From: Candidatus Woesebacteria bacterium RIFCSPLOWO2_01_FULL_39_23
GTDB lineage: Bacteria; Patescibacteriota; Microgenomatia; UBA8517
Reading direction: 5' to 3'
Length of the DNA: 54,496 nt
Assembly (NCBI GenBank): GCA_001793095.1
Contig: MGHG01000015.1
Span: 1-54,496, forward strand
Shown here: one piece after another, positions 37,618 to 47,050 of the stretch
How positions within the stretch are numbered: the stretch's first letter is position 1
Layout of the letters: each line of letters opens with the position of its first letter
Program-made: the position numbers and the translations under genes
Notes under the pieces: model-generated
Told to the model about the DNA's origin: nothing
Seen by the model: the letters and a program-made list of their open reading frames with translations, nothing else
The model's database searches: none

Positions 37618-39150
37618 ATGCTCGCCAAAATTACTTCAGGGGCAACCGTAGGGCTTAATGCTACAACTATCGATGTTGAAGTTGATATCCCAAACGAAGG
37701 CTTGCCGAGCTTTACAATAGTTGGTCTTCCCGATAAAGCCGTCGAAGAAGCAAAGGAAAGAGTGCGAAGTGCGATTAAAAACTCAGGGGCCGACTTCCCT
37801 ACGACCAGAATCACGGTTAATCTTGCTCCGGCGGATCTTCCCAAAGTAGGACCGGCGTATGATTTGCCGATTGCATTGGGTATATTAATTGCATCAGGGA
37901 ATATTGCGCCTCGAATTTCCGACACTCTTTTCTTCGGTGAACTTTCTCTTGATGGAAGTTTGCGTCACACAAACGGAATTCTTCCAATGGCGTACCTGGC
38001 AAAGGAGAAAGGTATCAAAAGGCTTTTCATTCCTAAAATTAATGAAAAAGAAGCAGCTGTGGTATCAAACATCGACGTTTTTGCGCCCGAGTCACTTCTT
38101 GATCTGGTCAGATTTCTTTCAGGAACAATTGCTATTGAAAAAACTAAAAAAGTTAGTCTTTTATCTCTCCTTAAAACTTCGGAAGCGGAATTTGATTTCT
38201 CCGAAATTATAGGTCAGGAACATGCGAAACGGGCGATGGAGATCGCTGCAGCCGGATCTCATAATATATTTATGAAAGGCACCCCCGGATCCGGAAAAAC
38301 TATGCTTGCCCGTGCTCTTCCTGGAATACTTCCGACATTAACAGAGGATGAAGCATTAGAGGTAACAAAAATTTATTCGATAACCGGTAATTTACCCTCC
38401 GGACAATCGATAATTACCAGCCGACCGTTCAGAAGTCCGCACCATACAACTTCACGGATTGGTTTAATTGGAGGTGGATCGAATCCGTTCCCCGGAGAAA
38501 TTTCCCTTGCCCATCGGGGAGTCCTTTTTCTTGACGAATTTCCGGAATTCCCAAGGCATGTATTGGAATCGATAAGGCAGCCGATGGAAGATGGTGTTGT
38601 AACAATATCGAGGGCAAAGGGGTCGGTTACGTATCCTGCACAATTTTTACTTGTGGCAGCGAGCAATCCTTGTCCATGCGGGTATTTCGGCGATCCGAAG
38701 CGAGCCTGTAAATGTCTCCCCGGCATGATTTTACGATATCAGAAGCGAGTTTCGGGGCCTATTCTTGACAGAATTGATCTGCACATATCATTGCGTTTGT
38801 TGGAGACTGATAAATTGGTAGGAAATAAAGAAAAAGCTGAAAGTTCCAAGTCAATTCAAGCTAGAGTTCAAAAAGCCAGAGATATGCAGATTAGACGCTT
38901 CAAGGGTTCTAAGTTTAAATCAAATAGTGAAATGAGCTCGAAAGCAGTTAAAGAATTCTGCAAGTTATCTCCGGAATGTTATGCAATATTAAGAAGTGCA
39001 GTAGCCTCGATGAATCTAACCGCGCGTTCATATCATAAAGTCATAAAGGTAGCCAGAACTATTGCAGATTTGGAGGGGGCGAAAGATATTACTACAAACC
39101 ATATAGCCGAAGCCCTCCAGTACAGACCCCAGAATGATGACGAGATTTAA
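37618..39150 (+). CDS. comM: ComM/YifB Mg-chelatase-like AAA+ ATPase (hybrid: host 5' part plus element-supplied 3' part)
   Basis: IVGLPD.AV.EA.ERVRSA, NLAPADLPK, G.PGSGKT, PFRSPHH, GEISLAHRGVLFLDE, NPCPCG, DRIDL, EALQYR. Confidence 0.95.
   Translation: MLAKITSGATVGLNATTIDVEVDIPNEGLPSFTIVGLPDKAVEEAKERVRSAIKNSGADFPTTRITVNLAPADLPKVGPAYDLPIALGILIASGNIAPRISDTLFFGELSLDGSLRHTNGILPMAYLAKEKGIKRLFIPKINEKEAAVVSNIDVFAPESLLDLVRFLSGTIAIEKTKKVSLLSLLKTSEAEFDFSEIIGQEHAKRAMEIAAAGSHNIFMKGTPGSGKTMLARALPGILPTLTEDEALEVTKIYSITGNLPSGQSIITSRPFRSPHHTTSRIGLIGGGSNPFPGEISLAHRGVLFLDEFPEFPRHVLESIRQPMEDGVVTISRAKGSVTYPAQFLLVAASNPCPCGYFGDPKRACKCLPGMILRYQKRVSGPILDRIDLHISLRLLETDKLVGNKEKAESSKSIQARVQKARDMQIRRFKGSKFKSNSEMSSKAVKEFCKLSPECYAILRSAVASMNLTARSYHKVIKVARTIADLEGAKDITTNHIAEALQYRPQNDDEI
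38767..38801 (+). other. attL junction (B arm, core TGCAC, P' arm)
   Basis: GACAGAATTGATCTG-CA-CATATCATT-GC-GTTTGTT; right arm is the inverted complement of the left arm of attR. Confidence 0.85.
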
Positions 39151-39212
39151 CTCCTTAGTGCTTCTTATTTCAACAATTTAAAGCTATAATTCGTTATAGT
39201 ATTAAAATTAAT

Positions 39213-39938
39213 ATGAATCTTAAAGATAAAGTAGTATTAATTACCGGATCGAATCAAGGATTGGGGAAAGTTCTTGCTAAAAAGGTTGCAAAGGATGGAG
39301 CAAAAGTAATTCTTTTGGCAAGAAGAGAGAATCTTCTTAAAGAAGTTAAAGATGAAATAACTAAAGATGGAGGTTTAGCGGAGTACTTCGTTTGTGACAT
39401 TCGCGATAGTAAACAGGTAACAAAAACAGTAAATAATCTTATCCACAAATACAAAAAAATCGATGTCTTAGTAAATAATGCAGGAGTATGGACAGATGAT
39501 GAAAGTGAGAAGAGAAAACCAGAGTTAAGGAAAAACGCCTTTGATACCAATGTTTTTGGGCATGTTCAGGTTACTGAAGAAATATTACCTTACCTAAATA
39601 AAGACGAAAGTATTATCTTCAATACAATTTCTACAGCAGGAGTACCAGATATTCCATCAGGCAATAATTTGATGTGGAAATCATATGGAGCCTCAAAATG
39701 GGGAATGGTTGGTTATACACAGGCACTACGGGAATCTTTAAGAGATACTAATACAAAAGTAATCCAGTATTTTCCTGGTGGTTTTGAAAGCAATTTATAT
39801 GAGAATGCAGGAAGAGAAAATCCTCATAATCAGCCTTGGATGATGAAAACGGTAGATGTTGCAGACATAATTATATTTGCATTAACCAGACCGAAAGATG
39901 TTTATATGGAGAAAATTGTTGTGTCGAAAAAGAAGTAA
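39213..39938 (+). CDS. SDR family oxidoreductase
   Basis: TGSNQGLG, NNAG, YGASK. Confidence 0.92.
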   Translation: MNLKDKVVLITGSNQGLGKVLAKKVAKDGAKVILLARRENLLKEVKDEITKDGGLAEYFVCDIRDSKQVTKTVNNLIHKYKKIDVLVNNAGVWTDDESEKRKPELRKNAFDTNVFGHVQVTEEILPYLNKDESIIFNTISTAGVPDIPSGNNLMWKSYGASKWGMVGYTQALRESLRDTNTKVIQYFPGGFESNLYENAGRENPHNQPWMMKTVDVADIIIFALTRPKDVYMEKIVVSKKK

Positions 39939-39943
39939 ACATT

Positions 39944-40312
39944 ATGGCTAAACCTAACAAAATAAATTTAAAAGATAAGTTTAGTAAATTTACTAATTTA
40001 TGGAGTCCAAAAGTAATTGGTGAACTTCACGGGGTATCACTTAAAGTGGTTAAGGTTAAGGGTGAATTTAACTGGCATCATCATGATAATGAAGATGAAC
40101 TGTTTTGGGTTATTAAAGGCCAACTAACGATTCATTTTAGAGATGGTGATGAGATTCTTAATCCAGGAGAACTATTAATTATTCCCCATAAGATTGAGCA
40201 CAAGCCCGAAGCAAAAGAAGAGGCAGAGATAGTACTTATTGAACCTAAAGAAACACTAAACACTGGTAATGTAAAGACCGATAAAACAATTGAGAAATTA
40301 GAGGAGATATGA
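39944..40312 (+). CDS. Cupin domain protein
   Basis: GEFNWHHH..EDELF, PGE..IP...EHKP. Confidence 0.88.
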   Translation: MAKPNKINLKDKFSKFTNLWSPKVIGELHGVSLKVVKVKGEFNWHHHDNEDELFWVIKGQLTIHFRDGDEILNPGELLIIPHKIEHKPEAKEEAEIVLIEPKETLNTGNVKTDKTIEKLEEI

Positions 40313-40782
40313 CATTTGTTCCTAAAGACTTTAAAGTACCAGAAAAACTTAAGCAGACAGATTTTCTAATACGTAAATTATGCGCGAGAGATGTCTACCT
40401 TGATTATTTGGCTGTAATGTCGAGCATTGATGTTATTCAGAAAACCCGAGGGGGGAGTTGGCCAACCAAAGACCTAACATTTGAAGATGATTTAATTGAT
40501 TTAGCTTGGCACCAAAGAGAGTTTGAACATAAATCCTCTTTTGCTTACACAGTGATGAATAAAGACGAAACTGAATGTTTAGGTTGTCTTTACTTCTATC
40601 CTCCAAGATTCCGAAAAGAAGCTCCTGAAGGAACAGACGTTGATGTCAGTTTTTGGGTAACACAGAAAGCTTATGAACAGGGTTTATACGATAAGCTGTA
40701 CAAAACAATAAAAGAATGGCTTACAAAAGACTGGCCATTCAAGAAACCGTTTTGGACAAATAAAGAGATTCCCACAATATAA
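40309..40782 (+). CDS. GNAT-like protein
   Basis: DYLAVMSS, HQREF...SFAY, CLGCLY..P, VSFWV, WPF. Confidence 0.6.
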   Translation: MTFVPKDFKVPEKLKQTDFLIRKLCARDVYLDYLAVMSSIDVIQKTRGGSWPTKDLTFEDDLIDLAWHQREFEHKSSFAYTVMNKDETECLGCLYFYPPRFRKEAPEGTDVDVSFWVTQKAYEQGLYDKLYKTIKEWLTKDWPFKKPFWTNKEIPTI

Positions 40783-40788
40783 ATTAAT

Positions 40789-41262
40789 ATGGGTGATTTA
40801 AATAAACTAGCTAAAGAAGTAATTAAAAAAAATCAGTATCTTGCCTTAAGTACAGTAAGGGCTGATGGAAAGCCTTGGACCTGTATTTTGGCTTATATAT
40901 TTGATGATAATTACAACTTTTATTATGTTTCACTTCCTACTTCAGAGCACTCAAAACATATAGAAAAATCTAAGAATGTGTCATTTGCAATTTATGATTC
41001 AACTCAAGGATTTGGTTTAGGGGCAGGATTGCAGGTTGAAGCAGAAGCGGAAAAATTAAACGAAGAAAAAATCCCTGAAATATCAAAGATGTATTTTGAA
41101 AGGAAGTATCCCTACGGGAATATATCCAACGATTTTACCGTAGGTCTTAAAAAGATGATAGAGAGTGGAGTTTATTTCTTCTATAAGTTAACGCCAATTC
41201 ATATTTGGATAAATGACCCAAACGTTGATACAGATAGAAGAGTAGAAGTTTTTGCTAAATAA
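40789..41262 (+). CDS. Pyridoxamine 5'-phosphate oxidase family (FMN-binding split barrel)
   Basis: LSTV..DGKPW, S.HS..I...VSFAIYD, GLQV. Confidence 0.8.
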   Translation: MGDLNKLAKEVIKKNQYLALSTVRADGKPWTCILAYIFDDNYNFYYVSLPTSEHSKHIEKSKNVSFAIYDSTQGFGLGAGLQVEAEAEKLNEEKIPEISKMYFERKYPYGNISNDFTVGLKKMIESGVYFFYKLTPIHIWINDPNVDTDRRVEVFAK

Positions 41263-41305
41263 AGGAAGTTTATAGTATAAGCCACATATAGTAATTAAGA
41301 TTAAT

Positions 41306-41929
41306 ATGATCATAAATTATAAGAATAAAGAACAAGAAGTATTGGTTAAAACAAATCTCAAGAAACTTCTGGATAAAATACCCAATCTTCGTTCAGTAAT
41401 TGAAACCTTAAACAAAAACAATATTAAATATGGTTTATATGCAGGGGCTCACGTAGCGGTTTTGACTTCTAATAGAGAGTCAACAGATGTTGATTTGCTC
41501 GTAGCTGATGAAGATTTTGACAAGTTGAAAGAACTATTTCCAAATTCTGTAATAAAGGGTGGCAAAAGTAATATTTCAGATGGTATTTTTCTTTATCCAG
41601 GAGGAGAAGAGAAAATAGAGTTTATGGCTAATGCAAATATGATTGAGGATGGTAAAAAGTATCCTAATCGACTAACCGAAGCTGTTTGGAATAAAGTTGT
41701 AAGGTATGAAGTTGATGGACTTACTTTCCTAATGCTAGATCCTGTTGATACAGTGGTAATGAAAGCAATACTTCAGAGAGGAAAGGGACAAGGTAAACAT
41801 GATATAGAAGACATTGAGGCTATTGTTAATGTAATAGATCTGGATAAGGAATATCTCAAAGCACGACTTAAGGAGGTAGAAGCAGACAAAAGAGTGTTTA
41901 GAGTATTAAAGAAGTTCAATTTGATTTAA
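41306..41929 (+). CDS. Nucleotidyltransferase-like protein
   Basis: YAGAH...RESTDVDLLV motif and C-terminal K...R..K..D. Confidence 0.6.
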   Translation: MIINYKNKEQEVLVKTNLKKLLDKIPNLRSVIETLNKNNIKYGLYAGAHVAVLTSNRESTDVDLLVADEDFDKLKELFPNSVIKGGKSNISDGIFLYPGGEEKIEFMANANMIEDGKKYPNRLTEAVWNKVVRYEVDGLTFLMLDPVDTVVMKAILQRGKGQGKHDIEDIEAIVNVIDLDKEYLKARLKEVEADKRVFRVLKKFNLI

Positions 41930-41934
41930 AAAAT

Positions 41935-42792
41935 ATGTCGTGGCAATTATTAGTTGGAATTAGTGTTGTTTTGTATTCAGTTTCCGTGCTTCTTCAAAGA
42001 CTCCTTCTGAAAGATGAAAAGAGTGAACCCATATCTTTCTCTATATTTTTTCAGGTAGGAGTTGCGTTAACAATAGCTGTATTAGTTCTCTTAATTCACG
42101 GCAGTATTCCATTGCCAGACTTTTCAGAAATCTCGTGGAGTGTTTTAATAATGACAGTTTTATATGCCTTAGCGAATATTTCAATATTCAAATCTTTAAA
42201 AGCCACTGAAGCCTCACGATTTACTGTCATATTTTCAAGTCGAACAATATTTGCTGTAATTGCTACCTCAGTTGTTTTTTCCGAAACATTAACAATAAAT
42301 CAGTGGTTCGGAGCATTATTAATAATAATTGGTGTAATTATTGTTTCAATCAAAGAAACAAAATCAAAGATAAATAAAGGGGATTTACTGGCAATGATAG
42401 CAGCTGTTCTTTTCGGGCTTGCTAATACTAACGACAGATTTCTAGTCAAATTTTTTGATCCATACTCTTATGTGATTATTGGATTTCTTTTACCCGCAAT
42501 CTTAATTGGAATTATTTACCCGAAGAAAATTACTGGTATTAAGACGTATTTCAAAAAGGATTTTATTTATAAAATGATCTTACTCTGTACCTTATATGGT
42601 CTTTCAGCTTTAGCTTTCTTTACGGCATTACAGATTACTCCAAATGCCTCATTAGCATTCGCTATGTATGCGTTTAGTGGTGTTTTAACAGTTGTTTTAG
42701 CAATAATACTCCTTAAGGAAAAGGATTATCTTTCGAGAAAAATTGTAGGGGCGGTGTTAAGTTTGGTTGGTTTATTGTTAACGAACAAATGA
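41935..42792 (+). CDS. EamA/DMT family transporter
   Basis: 10 TM in two repeats ending FSETL and LLKEK. Confidence 0.88.
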   Translation: MSWQLLVGISVVLYSVSVLLQRLLLKDEKSEPISFSIFFQVGVALTIAVLVLLIHGSIPLPDFSEISWSVLIMTVLYALANISIFKSLKATEASRFTVIFSSRTIFAVIATSVVFSETLTINQWFGALLIIIGVIIVSIKETKSKINKGDLLAMIAAVLFGLANTNDRFLVKFFDPYSYVIIGFLLPAILIGIIYPKKITGIKTYFKKDFIYKMILLCTLYGLSALAFFTALQITPNASLAFAMYAFSGVLTVVLAIILLKEKDYLSRKIVGAVLSLVGLLLTNK

Positions 42793-43298
42793 AAAACCAT
42801 TTTTCAGAAAAAAAGTTAAGATACTTTATAGGAGAAACTATCAAAGAGGCTCAGATAGCTGTCAGTAAAGGTAATTATCCAATAGGGTCTCTTATTGTTG
42901 ATGAAAAAGGAAATATTATTGCGAAGTGTCAAAATGAAAACGCGACCAGAGATGATATAACTGCGCACGCAGAAGTTTTATGTCTGAGAAAAATGGGATC
43001 AAAAAGACTTGCGAAGGAAAATGGTAAAAGTTATTATTTATTTTCCTCTCTTGAACCTTGTGGGGGTTGTGGATTTTTCATGGCAAGAACTAATATTAAG
43101 ATAGTTTATATTGCTTCTTTAGATCCCTACAGATCTGGTATGAGCGTTCTTAAGAAATCAACTGACTTTTCTGAAATCTTTAAAAATATAAATGTAGTTG
43201 TTTGTGATTTTCTCGATTTAGCAACAAAATCTAAGTTGCTAATGAGAGATTATTTAATAAAAAAAGGTAAAAAGGAGGCAGCGAAAATATATGAGTAA
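42789..43298 (+). CDS. Nucleoside/nucleotide deaminase (TadA-like)
   Basis: PIGS, HAE, EPCGGC zinc motif. Confidence 0.88.
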   Translation: MKNHFSEKKLRYFIGETIKEAQIAVSKGNYPIGSLIVDEKGNIIAKCQNENATRDDITAHAEVLCLRKMGSKRLAKENGKSYYLFSSLEPCGGCGFFMARTNIKIVYIASLDPYRSGMSVLKKSTDFSEIFKNINVVVCDFLDLATKSKLLMRDYLIKKGKKEAAKIYE

Positions 43299-43767
43299 AG
43301 ACTACGATTTTGTATCAACCACAAATATGCTCATCGTTAAAGACGGGAAAGGTTTGTTTATCAAACGGAGCGAGAAATTAGAGAATTTTCCAGGTTGGTT
43401 GATGCTTCCTGGTGGAAAACAAGAGGTTGATGAAACTCCACAACAAGCAGCAATTAGAGAAACTTGGGAAGAAACAGGAATAAAAGTATTAAACCCCAAA
43501 CTCAGGGTTGTAGCCACACACAACCATTTTTACAGGAACAAGGTTTACTTAGTTTTTATCTTCCAATCAGATGAATTTTCAGGAGAACTTAAAGAATCAG
43601 ATGAAGGAACTCCACTATGGCTTCCTCTTGACGAAGTACTAAAAGATCCTAAGTTATACCCCGATCTTAAGCGTCATATTAAGTTAGTTTTGGAAGCAGA
43701 AAATGATCAAGTGATATTTACTTACCATAAATTTAATAAAGATTTAGAAATAATCGAGGAGGTTTAA
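43291..43767 (+). CDS. NUDIX hydrolase
   Basis: Nudix box GGKQEVDETPQQAAIRETWEETG. Confidence 0.92.
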   Translation: MSKDYDFVSTTNMLIVKDGKGLFIKRSEKLENFPGWLMLPGGKQEVDETPQQAAIRETWEETGIKVLNPKLRVVATHNHFYRNKVYLVFIFQSDEFSGELKESDEGTPLWLPLDEVLKDPKLYPDLKRHIKLVLEAENDQVIFTYHKFNKDLEIIEEV

Positions 43768-43769
43768 AT

Positions 43770-44234
43770 ATGAATGTAATAGTTAAAACAGCAAAAAGTG
43801 GAGATTGGGAAACCATACAGAAACTTAATAACCAAGTTTTTATTAATGACCAAGAGCATGATAATGATCTTGATATGAATTGGCCGTTTTCTCCAAAAGG
43901 TATAAAGTATTACAAAGATTTGGCGAGCGGGAAATACGGGAAATGCTTCATTGCATATCTTGATAATCAGCCCGTAGGTTATATAGCATTGGCCATTAAA
44001 GACTTCGGGTATCGAAAAAGTAAATATATTGAAATCGAAAATATCGGAGTTAATCCTCAACACCGGTCAAAAGGAATAGGTAAAATGCTAATGGATGAAG
44101 CTGTTGGGTGGGCAAAAGAACAAAAAGCTACAAAATTATACGTTTCTGCTTATTGGGGTAACGAGAGAGCTATAGATTTCTACAAAAAGAATGGTTTTTA
44201 CGAATCGGGTGTAGAAATGGATAAGAGATTGTAA
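43770..44234 (+). CDS. GNAT acetyltransferase
   Basis: VNPQHRSKGIGKML, NERAIDFYKKNGF. Confidence 0.92.
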   Translation: MNVIVKTAKSGDWETIQKLNNQVFINDQEHDNDLDMNWPFSPKGIKYYKDLASGKYGKCFIAYLDNQPVGYIALAIKDFGYRKSKYIEIENIGVNPQHRSKGIGKMLMDEAVGWAKEQKATKLYVSAYWGNERAIDFYKKNGFYESGVEMDKRL

Positions 44235-44311
44235 GTCACTCCTTTTCTGGGACTTCTTTAGTAAATATAAATAACGACAGCTACATCTGGCGAGATTCTG
44301 CATAGGGAAGA

Positions 44312-44515
44312 ATGTCGGGGCAAGTTGAAAGACTTCCTGACCTTCTATATGGATATCCTTTCTATGAGCAAAACGACATTAATCAGTCTGAGATTTATTT
44401 CGGAGACTGGAAGATGTATGTCATCGGGGATAGACAGACAATCTCTGTCAGAACAACAACTGAAGGTGGAGAAGCTTGGAGAAGAAACTCAATGGAGGTT
44501 AAATTTTCTTCCTAA
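44312..44515 (+). CDS. Hypothetical protein (possible remnant)
   Basis: 67-aa ORF with purine-rich sequence upstream; no motif. Confidence 0.3.
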   Translation: MSGQVERLPDLLYGYPFYEQNDINQSEIYFGDWKMYVIGDRQTISVRTTTEGGEAWRRNSMEVKFSS

Positions 44516-44575
44516 GATAGCTTCTTGACATTTTATTTAAGTATAGTTAAGATATACTCAAGATATCTTAACATA

Positions 44576-45274
44576 ATGACCAAAAAAAGCGGAAAAATAG
44601 TTAAGTGTGTCTGGTGCGGCAAGTCTTTATATAAGATACCAAGTCGAGTTCGTAAGTTTAATTTTTGTACGCCTGAGCATTATAGAACTTTTCTAGCCAG
44701 TCCAAAAAATAAAACACTAAGTAAAGGTTGGAAACATAGTGAAGATGCAAAACAAAAGATAAAACTAGCAAATTTGAGTAGGAATTATGATGAAATTTTT
44801 ACAAAAGAAACTCGAAAAAAACTTGCAGAAAGCGCTGGAAATAAAATATGGACTAAAGAGGCTAGAGATAATGCTAGAAAATCTCATTTAGGTAAAAAAC
44901 TTTCTTTAGAACAGATACGGAAAATAAAAGATCATGCAAAATATGATTGGAGAAATAAATCTTGGCGAGGTCGTTATTCAAGTTATGTTGCAAAGCATGT
45001 TTGGGCTGCAAAACATATAAGGAAAACTAGATGTGAATATAAAGACTCTGGTTTCGGTCCATGTAATGGTAAGTTACAGTTAGCAAATATCGATCACAAA
45101 TATTATAAGAGAATCAAGGACTGGAAAGTATTATGTAAATTCCATCACGACTTATACGATTATAGACATGGCTTAAGAAAATTGACAAGTAAAACCAAAC
45201 GCATGTATGTAAGATTTGATCCTCTTCAATTAAGAGACTTTACTGTTGATGGGATAATAGTCAGCTCTACATAA
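44576..45274 (+). CDS. Zn-finger/NUMOD3/HNH-like endonuclease
   Basis: CVWCGK..FC; NUMOD3-like GWKHSEDAKQKI and GKKLS; C-terminal H.W..CE..ANIDH.Y.R...W..LC..HH..YD. Confidence 0.6.
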   Translation: MTKKSGKIVKCVWCGKSLYKIPSRVRKFNFCTPEHYRTFLASPKNKTLSKGWKHSEDAKQKIKLANLSRNYDEIFTKETRKKLAESAGNKIWTKEARDNARKSHLGKKLSLEQIRKIKDHAKYDWRNKSWRGRYSSYVAKHVWAAKHIRKTRCEYKDSGFGPCNGKLQLANIDHKYYKRIKDWKVLCKFHHDLYDYRHGLRKLTSKTKRMYVRFDPLQLRDFTVDGIIVSST

Positions 45275-45279
45275 ATAAT

Positions 45280-45636
45280 ATGAGAACGACTTACAAGAAA
45301 ATGAATAATATAGAAGATATACTAAGGCGCTTGAGTTTGAAGCAATTAGAAGCGCTTGCGGTTTTTATACCAACAGGCGAGAGAGCTAGTACACATATGA
45401 GTATTGAGACGGCTAGCAATACTATTCACACTGCGGTAAATGACAATATAAAAAGAAAGAAAGCAATTGGGGGTGTAATTTCGACTTTGTGTAAGATTGA
45501 AACTCCTTATGGCAAACTTATTTTGCCAGCCGCATGGACTAAGGAAGAAGGAATGCGTTGGACTCTAAATGAGAAAGTTATAAATAGACAGGAACTGAAG
45601 GAGATATTGTTACAGATACCAGGATTAAATATATGA
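45280..45636 (+). CDS. Hypothetical protein
   Basis: 118-aa ORF coupled to neighbours. Confidence 0.55.
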   Translation: MRTTYKKMNNIEDILRRLSLKQLEALAVFIPTGERASTHMSIETASNTIHTAVNDNIKRKKAIGGVISTLCKIETPYGKLILPAAWTKEEGMRWTLNEKVINRQELKEILLQIPGLNI

Positions 45637-45881
45637 GCAGGTTGAAAAATCAGAAAACATTTCAAAAAGATGGTTGGAGAAGAATGTTATGTAAAGCTTG
45701 TGCGCGTATTATTGGCGAAAGTCACCTTAATGAAAAAAATAGTAGAGAGATCAGATGTAAGGAATGTGGAAACATCCAAATAATAGCCCCTCCGAGAAAA
45801 GGTACTAAGAACGGAAAAATTGGATACTTTTGGTATGAACCAGGTGATAGCTGTTTTACGGCTATAGTGTATAACAATTGA
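45633..45881 (+). CDS. Small zinc-ribbon protein (Mu Com-like)
   Basis: CKACARII...EIRCKECG CxxC/CxxC. Confidence 0.5.
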   Translation: MSRLKNQKTFQKDGWRRMLCKACARIIGESHLNEKNSREIRCKECGNIQIIAPPRKGTKNGKIGYFWYEPGDSCFTAIVYNN

Positions 45882-45921
45882 ATTTTGAGTTAATTTAGGT
45901 TCCTGTTTAAGGAAATATTAG

Positions 45922-45969
45922 AGAACTCAGCTTTACGCATCTTCAGATGTCATGAGCTGAGTTTTTTTA
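45922..45969 (+). terminator. Long hairpin with T tract
   Basis: AGAACTCAGCT...CATCTTCAGATG...AGCTGAGTTTTTTT. Confidence 0.65.
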
Positions 45970-45979
45970 TGGAGAGGTT

Positions 45980-46138
45980 ATGAAGAAGAGAGAAAAATAC
46001 AAAGTAGTAAATAATCTCAATTCAGAGAGCGATAAAAATATGATAGCAAAAATATTAGGAAAAGAATTTTTAATATTTCTTAACAAAAACATTAGAGCAT
46101 ATAAAGATAGTAATAATTCAAAAAATGAAAGGGAGTGA
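45980..46138 (+). CDS. 52-aa hypothetical protein (not in ORF track)
   Basis: GGAGAGGT SD then MKKREKYKVVNNLNSESDKNMIAKILGKEFLIFLNKNIRAYKDSNNSKNERE*. Confidence 0.5.
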   Translation: MKKREKYKVVNNLNSESDKNMIAKILGKEFLIFLNKNIRAYKDSNNSKNERE

Positions 46139-46368
46139 TAATAATGGCTATTTATAAAGTGGATCTGGAGGAAATTTGGATAAGGTCGATATATACCCGT
46201 GCGAGTTCTGAAAAGAAAGCGCTTGAGAAAATTTTAAATGGAGATAACGAGGCAAATCTAATAGCTGATAATTTTAACTACGATCGAATAAATACATCAA
46301 CAAAAGATAATTGGTTAGTTGAAAAAGTGGAGAAGAAAGATTTACCAAGTAAATTAAAACAATTTTGA
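46135..46368 (+). CDS. Hypothetical protein
   Basis: 77-aa ORF with SD-like AAGGGAG. Confidence 0.5.
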   Translation: MIIMAIYKVDLEEIWIRSIYTRASSEKKALEKILNGDNEANLIADNFNYDRINTSTKDNWLVEKVEKKDLPSKLKQF

Positions 46369-46450
46369 TAAAGAACAATTAGATTAAACGACCGTAAGTC
46401 AGAGAGACTGAAAAGTTAATGAAAATATGAGATAGGTGGGGGTGATAAAA

Positions 46451-46717
46451 ATGAGTAAAAAAAGGAAAAAAAAGGACAGAAAGTTTAAATGTCTTACTTT
46501 GAATGAGTTAAGACTTATAAGCGATAGCTTAGTGGCTTATAAAGCACTATATGCTATGAAGCTATCCAATTTATATAGAGAATATTTTGACAAATCAGAA
46601 GTGATGGATACTTTTACTGAAGATATTCAAAAAGCAAATTTTGAATGGCCAGATAAAGATGATTTTTGTAACGAGATAGAAAGAGAAATAAGCACGAGAG
46701 AAGTTAATGAAGATTAA
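46451..46717 (+). CDS. Hypothetical protein
   Basis: GGGGGTGAT SD before ATG. Confidence 0.55.
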   Translation: MSKKRKKKDRKFKCLTLNELRLISDSLVAYKALYAMKLSNLYREYFDKSEVMDTFTEDIQKANFEWPDKDDFCNEIEREISTREVNED

Positions 46718-46861
46718 TTAGATTAAATAAGGATTTAACTCAATTTTTAGCCTTAAAAATAAACTATAAGTTATTTAAATTTATTATATGTAACCTTAAA
46801 TAATAATCAATAGCCAAAAATAATCTATGTATTTTATTAGATTAAATCCTTATTAAAACGC

Positions 46862-47050
46862 ATGGAAGAAAAGATATTAACAATTAGAGAAGTGGCAACT
46901 TTACTCAAATATTCTGAAGCTACTATACGATCATGGGTAAAGTCCGGAAAATTACCAGCATTTAAGATAGGAAGAAAGTATAGGATTCGGCTTAGGGATA
47001 TAAATAAACACTTTAAACAGCATTTGCAGGAGGATAATGAAGATGAGTAG
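46862..47050 (+). CDS. Excisionase-family HTH protein
   Basis: LTIREVATLL..SEATIRSWVKSGKLPAFKIGRKYRI. Confidence 0.88.
   Translation: MEEKILTIREVATLLKYSEATIRSWVKSGKLPAFKIGRKYRIRLRDINKHFKQHLQEDNEDE

Noticed and set aside
38784-39150. comM tail duplication as a DGR template/variable pair or an assembly duplicate
   Set aside because: No reverse transcriptase is present, the differences are not adenine-specific, and the two copies are clearly diverged at the nucleotide level.
39213-44234. Integron cassette array
   Set aside because: The gene types are cassette-like, but spacers are very short or overlapping with no attC palindromes, and the tyrosine recombinase shows no obvious IntI-specific insertion.
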